Below, piece after piece: positions 9,914 to 20,037 of a DNA stretch of 64,000 nt. A program made the position numbers and the translations under genes. Position 1 is the first letter of the stretch. Every line of letters starts with the position of its first letter. The stretch covers positions 1 through 64,000 of the forward strand of contig OZ025656.1 in assembly GCA_964019335.1 (NCBI GenBank). The letters run 5' to 3'. This stretch comes from Diplonema japonicum. Taxonomy: Eukaryota; Protista; Euglenozoa: Diplonemea. Below the pieces are notes generated by a model. The model was not told where the DNA came from and searched no databases. It was given only the letters and a program-made list of their open reading frames with translations.

Positions 9914-9952
9914 CAATAAAGTACAGAAACTGTAGCTTTAGAATCGTTGGTT
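9914..9952 (-). other. Complete 39-nt spliced-leader exon at the 5' end of the long element
   Basis: Minus strand reads AACCAACGATTCTAAAGCTACAGTTTCTGTACTTTATTG. It matches the euglenozoan SL pattern (39 nt, AAC start, CAGTTTCTGTACT core, ATTG end) and is near-identical to the Diplonema SL as I recall it. Confidence 0.92.
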
Positions 9953-10974
9953 GCACAGAAGAAGCAACTCCAAATGATAAAAATTCAAAAATAAAAATCT
10001 CAAAAAAGGCTTAAAAGAAGAAGAGGCAAATTCAAAAACATACTAGGGAGGAATGAGTGGGGCAGGGGGTAAAATTTAGGAGGGGGAGGGAGAATCAAAA
10101 AAGGGGAAAGGGGCAGAGTGACCAATGTCCATGCGAAAAAGCATAGAGCGGGGGAAGAAGAAAATCAAAAACAGGAAAAACACATCACCACAAAAGAAAA
10201 AAGAAAAAAAAAAAAAAAAAAACGTCGACCGAGATGGTTCCACTTCAAAAAGAAAAAGAAAAAGAAAAACAGAAAAATAAAAAAAAAAAAAAAGGAAAAA
10301 CAAAAAGAAAAAAAAAAAAGGAAAAAAAAAAAAAATCTAAGTGGTTCTATCTAGCCTGGCCGTTGTAGCACCTGTTCCCTATTCTTTTATTTTTCCCTTT
10401 TTTTTTTTTCTCAGAAAAAAAAAAAAAAAAGTTTCACATCTTCCTATGGCGGGGGGGGGGGGGAGAACAGCCCCCCACACCCCCGCTGGCCTATCTGGCC
10501 AGCGAGCCTTTGGACCTCTTCTTGTGGGGTATGGGCCCCACCCGTGCCCTCCCCGACTCGAGCTGCAGCCAAGCCACCGCACTGTTCACCGGGGCCCAGT
10601 TCTCCTTGTTGCGCACCTTGACCGTGTCCCGCACCAGGTCGTCGCTCCCCAGCTCTTCCATCAACCTGTGCTCCGCCAAGAACTTGAACTGGGGCCCGGT
10701 CATCCCCTTGAGCTCACCCCTGCATATGTTGGCTTCGACCACGGTGCCATCCGCCCCCGTACCCTTCAGATAGATGTAGCCACCCTCCACACAATCCGAG
10801 TCAGTACTGGCCGATCGGGCCCGGGCCCGCTTCTTGTCCGGGGAGGGGATCCTTTCGGTAAGCGGCGGGCAGGCCGACGGGCAAAACAACCCCCCCGGAC
10901 GACGGCGACGACGGACGACGGACGCAGCAGCAAACCCAGGCAGAGGCGGCAGGCACCAGCAGAACACGAACGAC

Positions 10975-11013
10975 CAATAAAGTACAGAAACTGTAGCTTT
11001 AGAATCGTTGGTT
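10975..11013 (-). other. Second complete 39-nt SL exon (5' end of the short element)
   Basis: Identical to 9914-9952 and also followed by GTCG. Confidence 0.92.
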
Positions 11014-11015
11014 GC

Positions 11016-11042
11016 ACAGAAACTGTAGCTTTAGAATCGTTG
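11016..11042 (-). other. Partial SL duplicate (SL nt 4-30) upstream of the full SL
   Basis: Minus strand reads CAACGATTCTAAAGCTACAGTTTCTGT, then GC, then the full SL. Confidence 0.9.
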
Positions 11043-11076
11043 TTTGCGGGTTTGCGGGGTTTGCGGGTTTGCGGGT
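11043..11076 (+). repeat. Residual (GGGTTTGC)n, ~4 units, on the far side of the element pair
   Basis: tttgcgggtttgcggggtttgcgggtttgcgggt, in the same orientation as 1-624. Confidence 0.95.
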
Positions 11077-11639
11077 CTGCTCATCCCCTTGAGCTCACCT
11101 TACTATTACTAGGCCAAGTATAGGTACCCTTAGTGAAAAAATATTTTGTTCTGAGGTAAAATATCACTTTTCAGGTGTTTTTGACCACTTTTTTGTGAAA
11201 AAATTTTTCTTTGGGCACTTTTTTTGTGAGGAAAAACAATTTTTTTGGACACTATATTTTTTTTTTTCCAGCACCCCATGCACCAAACCTTACCTTACAG
11301 AAGGGTTCCACGTGCCCAAGCTTCCACTTGCTTGTGGGTGCGAGTCTATTTTTCACCTTCGGTAGGTAATCTTGCAGAGCATGGCTTTACAGCAAAGCAA
11401 ACGACAGCTTGAGAAGGAGCGCTCAAGTATGTGTGCAACATTTGTACTTGTATTGATGTAAATATTGTGATGAGTGTGTGGCATGATTGAAGAAATTATG
11501 GATCAAGAAAAAACCTAGATCCGATAGTCAGGCGACAGTGGCTGGGTATGTTTTCATGGTACTTCTTCTCTCGGTATAAAACACAGGTAGTTTAACGTCT
11601 TATCTAGGACTCTATATTCACTCCCTCACCCTCTGTCTT

Positions 11640-12045
11640 CTATGCTAGTTGGTCAAAGCGTCTGCAGTACTTCATCTCCCTGCACACCTATGAAGATGAA
11701 GTTATAGGCACTGAGTCTTCTAAAGATGACTTGGAACTCACCCTTTCAAGACAAAGCAGGAGCAGTTCTGGCTGATAGGTTTAAAACACTGAAGTAGCAC
11801 TGGTTCAGATACACCACCGAGCAGTTATGATGCCTACTTTTGCTGAAGAGGTTCACGTAGTCATCTTGCTTCTTGTCCAGCATGATGTCGTCAAGCACCA
11901 CAAGGTTCTGTTTGTCTGAGTCGAAGGCGTCCATGTCCAGGTCAGCCACATCGGTGTGGAGCTCGATGGTTGGTGAGAGCTGCTCGTCAAGGATGTCTAT
12001 GGCTTCTTCCACCTTGTTCTTCCCCTTCAGTCGATGACATACATG
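11640..12045 (-). pseudogene. Decayed A32/FtsK-HerA-type viral DNA packaging ATPase fragment (Polinton/virophage/NCLDV-like)
   Basis: Walker B LVVLDD, then NLFSKSRHHNCSVVYLNQCYFSV. Frameshifted continuations read KPISQNCSCFVLK, EF..YNFIFI and RRFDQL. No Walker A is visible. Confidence 0.72.
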
Positions 12046-13094
12046 TTTTGTTGGCTAGCCCCTCCTGTAGGTATGTGTTTTGTCTTGATTGTCTGTAAGA
12101 GTCGCGGTTGTTGTGTAGCTTTAGAATTGTTGCGCTGGGCATTCTAGCGGGTTTTTTTTGGGTGCAGGGTCTGGTCCGGGGGGGGGGGGGGGGGGGGGGG
12201 GGGTTAGGAGGACTGCGGACTCAGAATGAGAGGGGTTAGGGACGAATCGCTCAGGGGTGGGGTAGGTCGGGGTGCCACGTTTCGTGGGGTCCGCTTCGCT
12301 AAAGGAAAAAGTGCCTCGACAGTCAACTAGATCATCCAGCCACCACCCATCACGTGAACGTTCTTTTCTCCTTTTTTTTTTTTTTTTTTAATTCAGTATT
12401 TCTCGAAAAACGTCATGAGATTCTTGGGTAAAACAATAAATTGAATCTACTTCATCCACTGTCCCCTCTGATAGTCATGCATGAGCTTGCAGTTCCTTTC
12501 AGCCATGTACAACGCATTTCCACCTGGATTTTGCCACTCCGGCTTGTACTGTATTGTCGCTAAGCATGCACCTACCTGTGGAACTGGGGCTTCTCATGGT
12601 TGAATCTGGTGGTGAATTAAAGCAGCACGTGGTTATCAAAAGAAATGAAATAGAAAAGGGGGAAAAGGGAGGTGCAGAAAGGGGTGGATAACAATAGGGA
12701 AATAGGAAGCACTACATTTCCGAAAGCTGATATCATTCCGATACCAAAAAAGGGTGAACAACCTTTGAAAAAGTGTGGTGCAGATCTAACAAATGGAGGG
12801 TTTGGGCACATGTGGAGACTAAAGTGTGAAGGACAGGCACTTATCTACAGCGCCGGTCTCTTAGCCTGTAACGTTGGGGTGCTCATGCCCCAGCGCCTAG
12901 AAGGAGAACCGTTTTGGTGGAAAGGGGGGTAAAAATATCTAAGGGACTCTTCATTACAAATAAAAAAAAAAAGAAAATAACAGACCACATCGTTGGAGAG
13001 GGAAAATGAAAGGCGAAAGACTCTGAATGACGGCAGAAGTGTTAGCAACAACCCTCAAAAAGATTCTTTTCGTGTTTCTCTAAGGTATTGCTGC

Positions 13095-14118
13095 TCAGAC
13101 CAACGAGGAGACACGGCACCTCTTCTCCTCGCTGAACCTTTTAACTGTTGCCTGCAGGTTTCCAGACTTAATAGTTTTGGCGTTTGAGACAAGCTTGGCG
13201 GACAGTTCCTGTGGTGTTGTTCGAAAGACACAATGCTAGATACCTCAATGTCATTAAGTGAGTACGTGCAAAGGGACGCCAAACACTCAGGCCACACAGG
13301 CTCTTGCTCAGTGATGGTGCGAGCTGCGTGGACAGCGGAGGCCCCAAGCAATGACGGCTGTGTGATGAACTAATTAAAATACTTGTCCATACCACATGTT
13401 CCAGGTACAGCTTCAGGTTCAGCATCGCGCACTCAGAAAGGAAGACTGTCGCATGGCGAAGCTTCTTTGCATCCGCGTTCTCCGGGACACCAGGCTCCTT
13501 CAACTCGATCAGATATCTGGAGATGAAGCTGAAAGGGGTGGGAGTGGTGAGTGTGTAGTTCAAAGCGTGCAAAATAGAATGCTCGTATCTCAACATGTCC
13601 TCCTGAGCGAAGGCGTCGGCAGAGATGTGGATGAATTCCTTGATGGAAGGTGGGTAGATCTCCTCGTACTTGGAGGCAATGATGAGGGACACCATGGTCA
13701 CAAGCTGCATCCTCTTCCTTTGGATGGGCTTGATGGCAAGGAACCTGTCTAGTACATTTGCTGTGAGAAACAACGTCTCAGGAGCCATCTTGAACCTGTT
13801 GGCACACTCGATGATCCAGTCGAGGCACACAGCACGCATCTCAGATGTAAGCTCCGGCTGTGTGGTCATGTAGGTGGTAGACGGGAGCAGTAGGGACTCT
13901 GTCTTCATAAAGTGTCCCATGATGTCGTCCACGTAGTCCCTGGCCTCCATGTCGGCCCTGGGGTTCACTACCGTCTTGTCTTTGCTCTCCAGCCTAGGGC
14001 TGATAGCACCGCTCTGCTCGTGCTTAATGTCCTGCAGAGACCCCTTCTTGCCTCCCATGCCACCGACATTGCCAAGGTCACCCAAAACCTGCCTCCCCTT
14101 GCTTGCGATCTTCGCCAT
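13095..14118 (-). CDS. Mitotic (A/B-type) cyclin, 3 exons
   Basis: Cyclin box MRAVCLDWIIE..ETLFLTANVLDRFL..IIASKYEEIYPP. Introns 13358-13392 and 13209-13243 (35 nt each) restore PSLLGASAV and the C-terminal ATVKRFS. Confidence 0.9.
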
Positions 14119-14442
14119 TTTAACGTGGAAGAGGGAACTGTATTTAATGAAGCTTGGCAACTATAAAAGCGCATAAATACGGAGCGAAGAAACAGAACAT
14201 AGCGAAATGGGAAGGCAGAACACTAGCGAAGGAAAGAAGACACACGAGAATCGTCGGATAAGCACACAGTTATATTTGGTCATTCTTTCATTCTAACTCT
14301 CAACTAAAACCCCAGCCAAAGCAGAAATTGACAGAGGTGTTTAACTAAGCTCTTACTACCGACACCTGAAAACAGAACCAGTTTGGTTCAATCAATACAT
14401 TCTTTTTTTTTTTCTTCTTCTTTTTTTCCCTAGTGTTTAATT

Positions 14443-16620
14443 CTATGGCTGTTTGGATGTGAAGGAGTGAGCTTGATGTTTTGTCTTAGCAAGCCACGAC
14501 GACGGCTGCTGATTTTTGTTGAACGTGTTCATCTGCAGTGGTGTTTATTTTGATATATGGCATACCTGCTGCTGCATCGAGCTGGCTCCCATCGAGTAGA
14601 ATGCCGTCACAAGCTTTTCCATCTCTGTTTTGCTTTGCTTTTGGATGTCTTCGATCTTCTGCTTGAGTTTCTTCTCTTTTTCTTTTGTTGCGTTGCTGGT
14701 TGTGCTGCTCTGCGGTGACGAGTACTTTCCGGCCGTCTTGATGTCCGACTCCAACTTAACCTTCTGCTTAAGAGCATTGTCACGCGTTGCTTGCACCGCA
14801 CCGAGTTCGTTCTTCAGTGTAGTGATCTCCGTTTCTAAGTTCTGCACTGTTGTGGTGAGAGTGTTCACCTTGCTTTCGGAAAGACGCAGCTCAGATACTC
14901 TCAAGCATAGCTGGTCTTCAACCTGCTTCACAGCTGCAACTGTCACCAAAGTTTCCGAGTCATTCTGCTGCGTCTCGGCCAAGAGGTGTGTCAGCTCTTT
15001 CACCTTGTCACTCAGCGAAGTGATGCTCGTGTCTTTGCTTGCGGCGCTGGACAGAGCGGTCTCCAACCTCGTGGTCATCCTCTGGAGCTCGTCTTCCTTG
15101 TCCTCAAGGTCACCTTTGACCGTAATAAGCTCTTTCTTAACAGACAGGATTTCGTCCCTCCCCTGCTGTCCCACGAGTTCGTCGGCCAGGTTACCACCTG
15201 TATTCTCAGCATCCCCGGCAATTTCCAACTCTTCCTTCAAAGAGTTGTTTTCTGTGGTCAGCTGTCGGATCCGGTTCTGTGCTGCTGTGGCCTCAGATCT
15301 AGCTGTTGTTGAGATGACCTGCTCAGCGTTCAGTTTGTTTTGCAAATCAGACAGCTGCACGTCAATAAGCAACTTTTCGGCCTCTGTCTCTTCAGCCTTC
15401 TTTGCCTTCTGTTCAGCTCTGTCGCACTGCGCTTGCAGTTTTGTGGATTTTTGTATTTCTTCGGTCAGCTTAGCCTCTATTGTGTCCATGTTGCTCTTGT
15501 AAAAATTCCGTTCCTGTGTCACCTTCTCTCTTTGTTCTCTAATTTGCTCGACCTTGGCAACTTCCTTCCTCGCTTCGGCAAGCTCGTGTTGCGCAATCTG
15601 TAGCTCGTCAGATGTGACGATCCATTCTTCTTCCTTTACTCTGAATTCTGTGGTGTGTCTACGTTGGTATGTCAATGTGGTACCTTGCAGCTTGTTTTCC
15701 AACTCTGCAATAGAGTCGTTTTTGTCTTCGAGCCCTTTTTTCAGTTTATCAAGCGCTGCCCTGTATTCGGTTGTGTTACCTAAGCTACATACTTAGAACC
15801 CCCGCCCTCTTCTTGGACACTTTTTGACTGTGTGAACTGCTTGTCATATATCAGCTGGTACTTTACATTCGTTTCATGAGCTTCTTCGCGCAGCATACGG
15901 TTTTGCTGTACAATGTGTTGTTACTATTTTCTTTTTTATGCATACCATCTCTAAGCCAGTTAGCTCCTCGTCTTTGCTCTTCAGGGTTTCTTTTAAAGAA
16001 GCTAACTCTGCTTCGTAGTCAGCTGCGGTGTGCACATGACTCAGCGAGGTGCGTCCCTGGGCTTGTGTTGGCGGCGTGGGTGGCGAGTACCCATCGTAAC
16101 TAGGGACTTCTTCGTCTTCTTCTTCAGGTAGGATCTCTGTGGGGTCTAAGTCGTACGTCTCCTGCACTTCTGTCATGATAGACATCAAGACTTCAGGAAC
16201 CTCTTTTGTTTCTTCCTCTGTTGTAAGTGGTGTAATCTGAGCTCCGAGCTCTTCAGCTCTGGAAGACACGAACATCGAGGTCAGCAAAAACTTCAACATC
16301 GTTATGATGCTCTTCTCATCAGCTTTCTCAGCTATAGCAGCCGTGTCGATTTTATTGATGCCCTCCCTAACCCCGTCGTTGGGGAACCTCCTGTACACCT
16401 TGTCAAGACTGCTAACAACTAGTTCTAAGTTCCCCTCCTGCAGCACCCAGTTGCTTGATGTGCACACTTCCCGTTCGTCTACGGCGTGTTTCGGGTGCAT
16501 TTCAGAGAAGATGCCAACAAGATGAACACCACTGCTCAACTGCTTGAACTCTGTGACATCCTTGCATCCATCGAATAAGCGCACCCATGCAAGGAGGGCA
16601 GTCTCCATGTTGGCTTCCAT
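14443..16620 (-). CDS. HOOK-family dynein adaptor-like coiled-coil protein, 4 exons
   Basis: Hook-type N-terminus (ALLAWVRLF..KQLSSGVHL..SNWVLQEGNL), long coiled coil, and C-terminal EMEKLVTAFYSMG..SWLAK. Introns 15906-15945, 15761-15792 and 14533-14565. Confidence 0.75.
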
Positions 16621-16801
16621 CTTTTAGCCTGCGAAATAAATGATGAATAAGAGGTAACTGTGAGGCTCACAGGGTATTCTTACATTTGTACTGTACCACT
16701 GCTTAAAAAGAGACCATAGTACTACATGCGTGTTGCAGAAGCCAAGGCGAGACTACGGTCTGATTCTAGAGCTTCTTATATAAACAAGGTTCTAGTCTAA
16801 T

Positions 16802-18454
16802 CTACGAACGTGGGCGGCTGAAGGAGCTGTTGCCGATGGAGTGGTGGATGCTACGATGGCTATCCATGGAGAGGGACGCCATGACCCGTGCTGTGTTGAG
16901 GCGGTCCATCGTGTGGTACGGGTAGTCGGGCTGGGTCTTCAAGCCTTCTATCCGTTGTTGTTCGATCATCTCCTTCAGTCCTGTGGTCTGCGATTTAAGC
17001 TTTGTCACGAACTGCAAGATGGGGTTGATGTGGTTCTCTCTATTTGCCTTATTCTTCTCCTTCAGTCGCTGGTTTAGCTGAAGCAAGTCCAAGGTGGACT
17101 CCGCAAGCTTGCGCGGCCCTTTCGGTTCTTCGACATCGGAGTCACTTTCTTCTGCTTCAGGCTCGTCTGACTGACCGACAGGTTCCGTTGCTGCCGGCGA
17201 AGCAATGGTGACCGGTGTGTTTATCACATCAGGGGTGCTCTTCTTTGCCTGGGGGATTTCTTCGGCCTCAGGTACCTCTTTATCCGTTTTTTTAGTCGGA
17301 TCGGTAGGCGTAGCAGTTGTATCGATACGCTCCTGCAGTCTAGCAATGAGTGCATTTGCATTTTTCAATTCCTTTTCTAGACCCACAACATTACTAAGTT
17401 CCTTCGTCTGCTGTTGTTTAAGTTTTCGGTTTTCTTCCGCGAGATTGTCTCTCTGTTCTTTGAGCTTCTTCACGCTCCCTTTGTCTCGCTTCCCTTCTTG
17501 GCACAAGGCCTCATGGAGCTCTTCCTCCTTTTGAGATAGCACTGCTTGTGATTCTGTAGATGTTGTTTACTTGTGTGATGTGCATACCCTTCAACTCCTG
17601 TTCCAGTGTGGTGATTTTTTTGTCCTTCAACTTCAAGGCATCGGTAAGGATGCTGGTGTCGAATCTGTGATGGTGTTCTTGTTGCTACTGCTGCATACAT
17701 TGGTGACTTCGGGCTCACGAGAGGAGTGTCCGTGCCGTTCTTGTATGTGGACGGCGCTTCTGCTTCCATCAACTCTGCATTTTCCTATTTTGTGATAACA
17801 AGATACTGATGTGCATACCCTCCAAAGCCTTGAGTTCTCCTCCTTCAAGGCCTCTATTGCCCGCTGTTGTTGTTCTATCTTTCTCTCGTAGTCTGCAGGT
17901 TTTGAATAGAACGACCTCCGAGGTGATCCCATAGAGGCCTTTGACCTTCTTGAGCTCAGCATGCCGTTGGTATCGCTGAGGTGCTCGTTCAAATGCAAGT
18001 CGTACTCTTCATAGAGATTCATCAGCAGCACCTGCAGCACTTCGTCGTCGTCCGGGTACTCGTTCACTAAAATGGTTTTGATCTTGACGTCGACTCTTGA
18101 CCCCGGGAGGGTTATTAATAGGAATTTGAGTAATTTCTTTATCTCATCCTTGTCGCCGCTTTCAGCTATCTTCTGTGCATCCACCTTGTCTGAGATGTCA
18201 AGGTCGTCGCTGTGCTTCTTAAGCACCACCGTCAGCCGCTTCATAACCTCCATCACAGTGTTCTGGCACAGCATCCAGTTGCTATGCTCGTTCTCTGTTG
18301 TTTCTCTGATCGTGCACTTCGGGTACATAGCAGAAAATATTCTCGAAAAGTGTACACCGCTTTTTAACTGCTTGAACTCCGTGACATCGTCACACTTATC
18401 GAACAGCCGCACCCACACTAGAAGGGCAGTCTCCACGCTGTCCTCGTCAGCCAT
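16802..18454 (-). CDS. HOOK-domain paralogue with a shorter coiled coil, 4 exons
   Basis: ETALLVWVRLFDKCDDVTEFKQLKSGVHF closely matches the neighbour. Three 34-nt introns (17785-17818, 17665-17698, 17554-17587) join the ORF pieces in frame. Confidence 0.72.
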
Positions 18455-18531
18455 ATATGATGCTGTGTAGTTTCTGTGATGTTAAACACGTGTTACTTTG
18501 CAATAAACTGATAACTCAAATCACACAGTAG

Positions 18532-19971
18532 TCAACGAGGTTTGGAAGCTACTTGAAAGCAGTCTACATGGGTGCTTAACTGAGCAACTTCTTTTTTTGT
18601 ATGTTTTTTGGCTCTCTCCACCTTACTTTTGAATTCGTTCAATTTTATCTGGGTTCCTTCCCGATACTTTTTGAGTGTTTCGTCACTCTTGTGAAGATCT
18701 TTCTTCAACAAGGCTATGGTGCGCCGGTGCGTGTCTTTTTCGTCTCGCAGCTGAGTTACATTCCTTGTCAACATGTCTATCTCATGAAGCTTCTCTGCTG
18801 CTGTCGTATCTTGTGTGCCGCGTTCTATTTTGAGCTTCTCGATGCGCTTCCTGTAATTATCCAGTTCAACGGCGTGCAGCTCCTCCTGTGCTTTGAGTTC
18901 TTGATTCGCAGCATGCCAGCTCCTCGATGTAGCAAGATCCTCTCTCAGATTTTTATGTGCACTCCTGTACCTCTCAGCCTCATCGTCGTAGGTGTCGCTC
19001 AGCTCTTCATAAAGTTGGCGCTGTGCCTCCAACTCCACCTGCAGGCCCTCGAATGCCTGCCGTACAGCAGCCGAGTCAGCTTTCAATAGGTCCGTTTTAA
19101 TTTTGTGTGTTTCCACTTCTTTGGCGTAGTCCGCCTCAAGGTCTTTGAACAGCGCTTCATGTGTCATGAGTTCCTTCTGAACTTGGTGGTAGGCCTCTTT
19201 GTAATTAGAAAGCTCATCTGCCAGAGACGGACACGACATTTCTTCATCGCTGACGGACGGCGTGCTGCGTCTTGCGAGTGTTTCGCGCAGGCTGTTTCTC
19301 TCCACTTCCAGGCGCTGTATTGTGCGCGCCATATCACTGTTCTGAATGTAGCATTCATTCAGTCTTTTATGCAGGCTAGACACCTCCAGCTCAAGGAGGA
19401 TTTTGGCAGCAGTCAAATCTTGTAACTTATAACTTTTGTCCTCTATTTTTGCAGTACTCTTTCGGAGCTTTTCCCGCAGGCTGATATCTTCATCCAGTTG
19501 CACTTCCAGTGAACGTATTTTCTCCAACGTGAAAGCATGTTCCTGTTCCAGTGACGTGTGGCGTGCTTTAATATTCCTCACCACCGCAGCCTCGTCACGC
19601 AAATCAGATAACTGTTCTTCGAAATCTGTCGCTGCCGCTTGGTATATTGAGCCCAGGTCTTGCCATATACGCACCTGACTTTTGTAGTTACTCACCTCTT
19701 TCCGTAGGGCTTCAAGCTCCTCGTGTGGGTTGAAGTCAGCGAAGGAATGCGGCATCGTCACTTGTGTAGGACGTCTCTGTTCTTTACTGAACTGCTGGTC
19801 ATAAAGCTGCAGGTATTTCCGTTCCACGTCAGCCTTTTCCCCTTTGCATTGGTTCAGGTCCCATTCTAAGATCTCCAATTTCTCGTTTCCTTCCTTCAAG
19901 CTCTCTTGCAGTCTCAAGATTTCTTCTTCCAAGTCAGCTTGGCAGGTTAATGATGCCAACATCTCTGCCAT
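18532..19971 (-). CDS. Coiled-coil protein, probable HOOK-related paralogue lacking the N-terminal domain
   Basis: 479-aa heptad-rich ORF. KYLQLYDQQFS resembles KYQLIYDKQFT, and LADEL is shared, with the 14443-16620 gene. Confidence 0.65.
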   Translation of the reverse strand: MAEMLASLTCQADLEEEILRLQESLKEGNEKLEILEWDLNQCKGEKADVERKYLQLYDQQFSKEQRRPTQVTMPHSFADFNPHEELEALRKEVSNYKSQVRIWQDLGSIYQAAATDFEEQLSDLRDEAAVVRNIKARHTSLEQEHAFTLEKIRSLEVQLDEDISLREKLRKSTAKIEDKSYKLQDLTAAKILLELEVSSLHKRLNECYIQNSDMARTIQRLEVERNSLRETLARRSTPSVSDEEMSCPSLADELSNYKEAYHQVQKELMTHEALFKDLEADYAKEVETHKIKTDLLKADSAAVRQAFEGLQVELEAQRQLYEELSDTYDDEAERYRSAHKNLREDLATSRSWHAANQELKAQEELHAVELDNYRKRIEKLKIERGTQDTTAAEKLHEIDMLTRNVTQLRDEKDTHRRTIALLKKDLHKSDETLKKYREGTQIKLNEFKSKVERAKKHTKKEVAQLSTHVDCFQVASKPR

Positions 19972-20037
19972 ATTAGCTGTGCTTGTGATGAGGATAAGCT
20001 ACAGGTAAACAAGCGATAAAGGAAAGAGTACATCTGG

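Larger units (their letters stand above)
622..9960 (-). mobile_element. Full-length CRE/SLACS/CZAR-like (RLE-type) non-LTR retrotransposon with a 5' SL exon
   Basis: Single long RT+RLE ORF. U-rich 3' UTR (~629-1355) has A-tracts (T-runs at 675-694 and 622-628 on +) and abuts the repeat. SL exon at the 5' end (9914-9952). Confidence 0.93.
9957..11042 (-). mobile_element. Non-autonomous internally deleted (~1.1 kb) partner of the long element, in tandem
   Basis: 9957-10839 is near-identical to 824-1704. 10840-10974 is a diverged homologue of 9801-9913. The ~8.1 kb equivalent to 1705-9800 is absent. Confidence 0.92.

Noticed and set aside
9771-9956. N-terminal 62 aa of the 2866-aa track ORF
   Set aside because: It starts at a GTG upstream of the SL and reads through the SL and an A-tract. 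The first ATG is at 9770.
824-10839. LTR retrotransposon (the direct repeats resemble LTRs)
   Set aside because: No integrase, aspartic protease or TG..CA ends. The RT and RLE are non-LTR type, and the repeat is the 3' part of a second element.
10491-10967. 158-aa ORF in the short element
   Set aside because: No ATG start. It is 5' UTR fused to the last third of the parental tail, so translation is unsupported.
9914-11042. Bona fide SL RNA gene array
   Set aside because: The SL exons are followed by element 5' UTR, and no repeated promoter, intron and T-tract unit is visible.
12178-12245. Long G-run with a TTAGGG-like word (another G-run at ~54155-54175)
   Set aside because: Too short to call telomeric. 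Homopolymers are common throughout this DNA.
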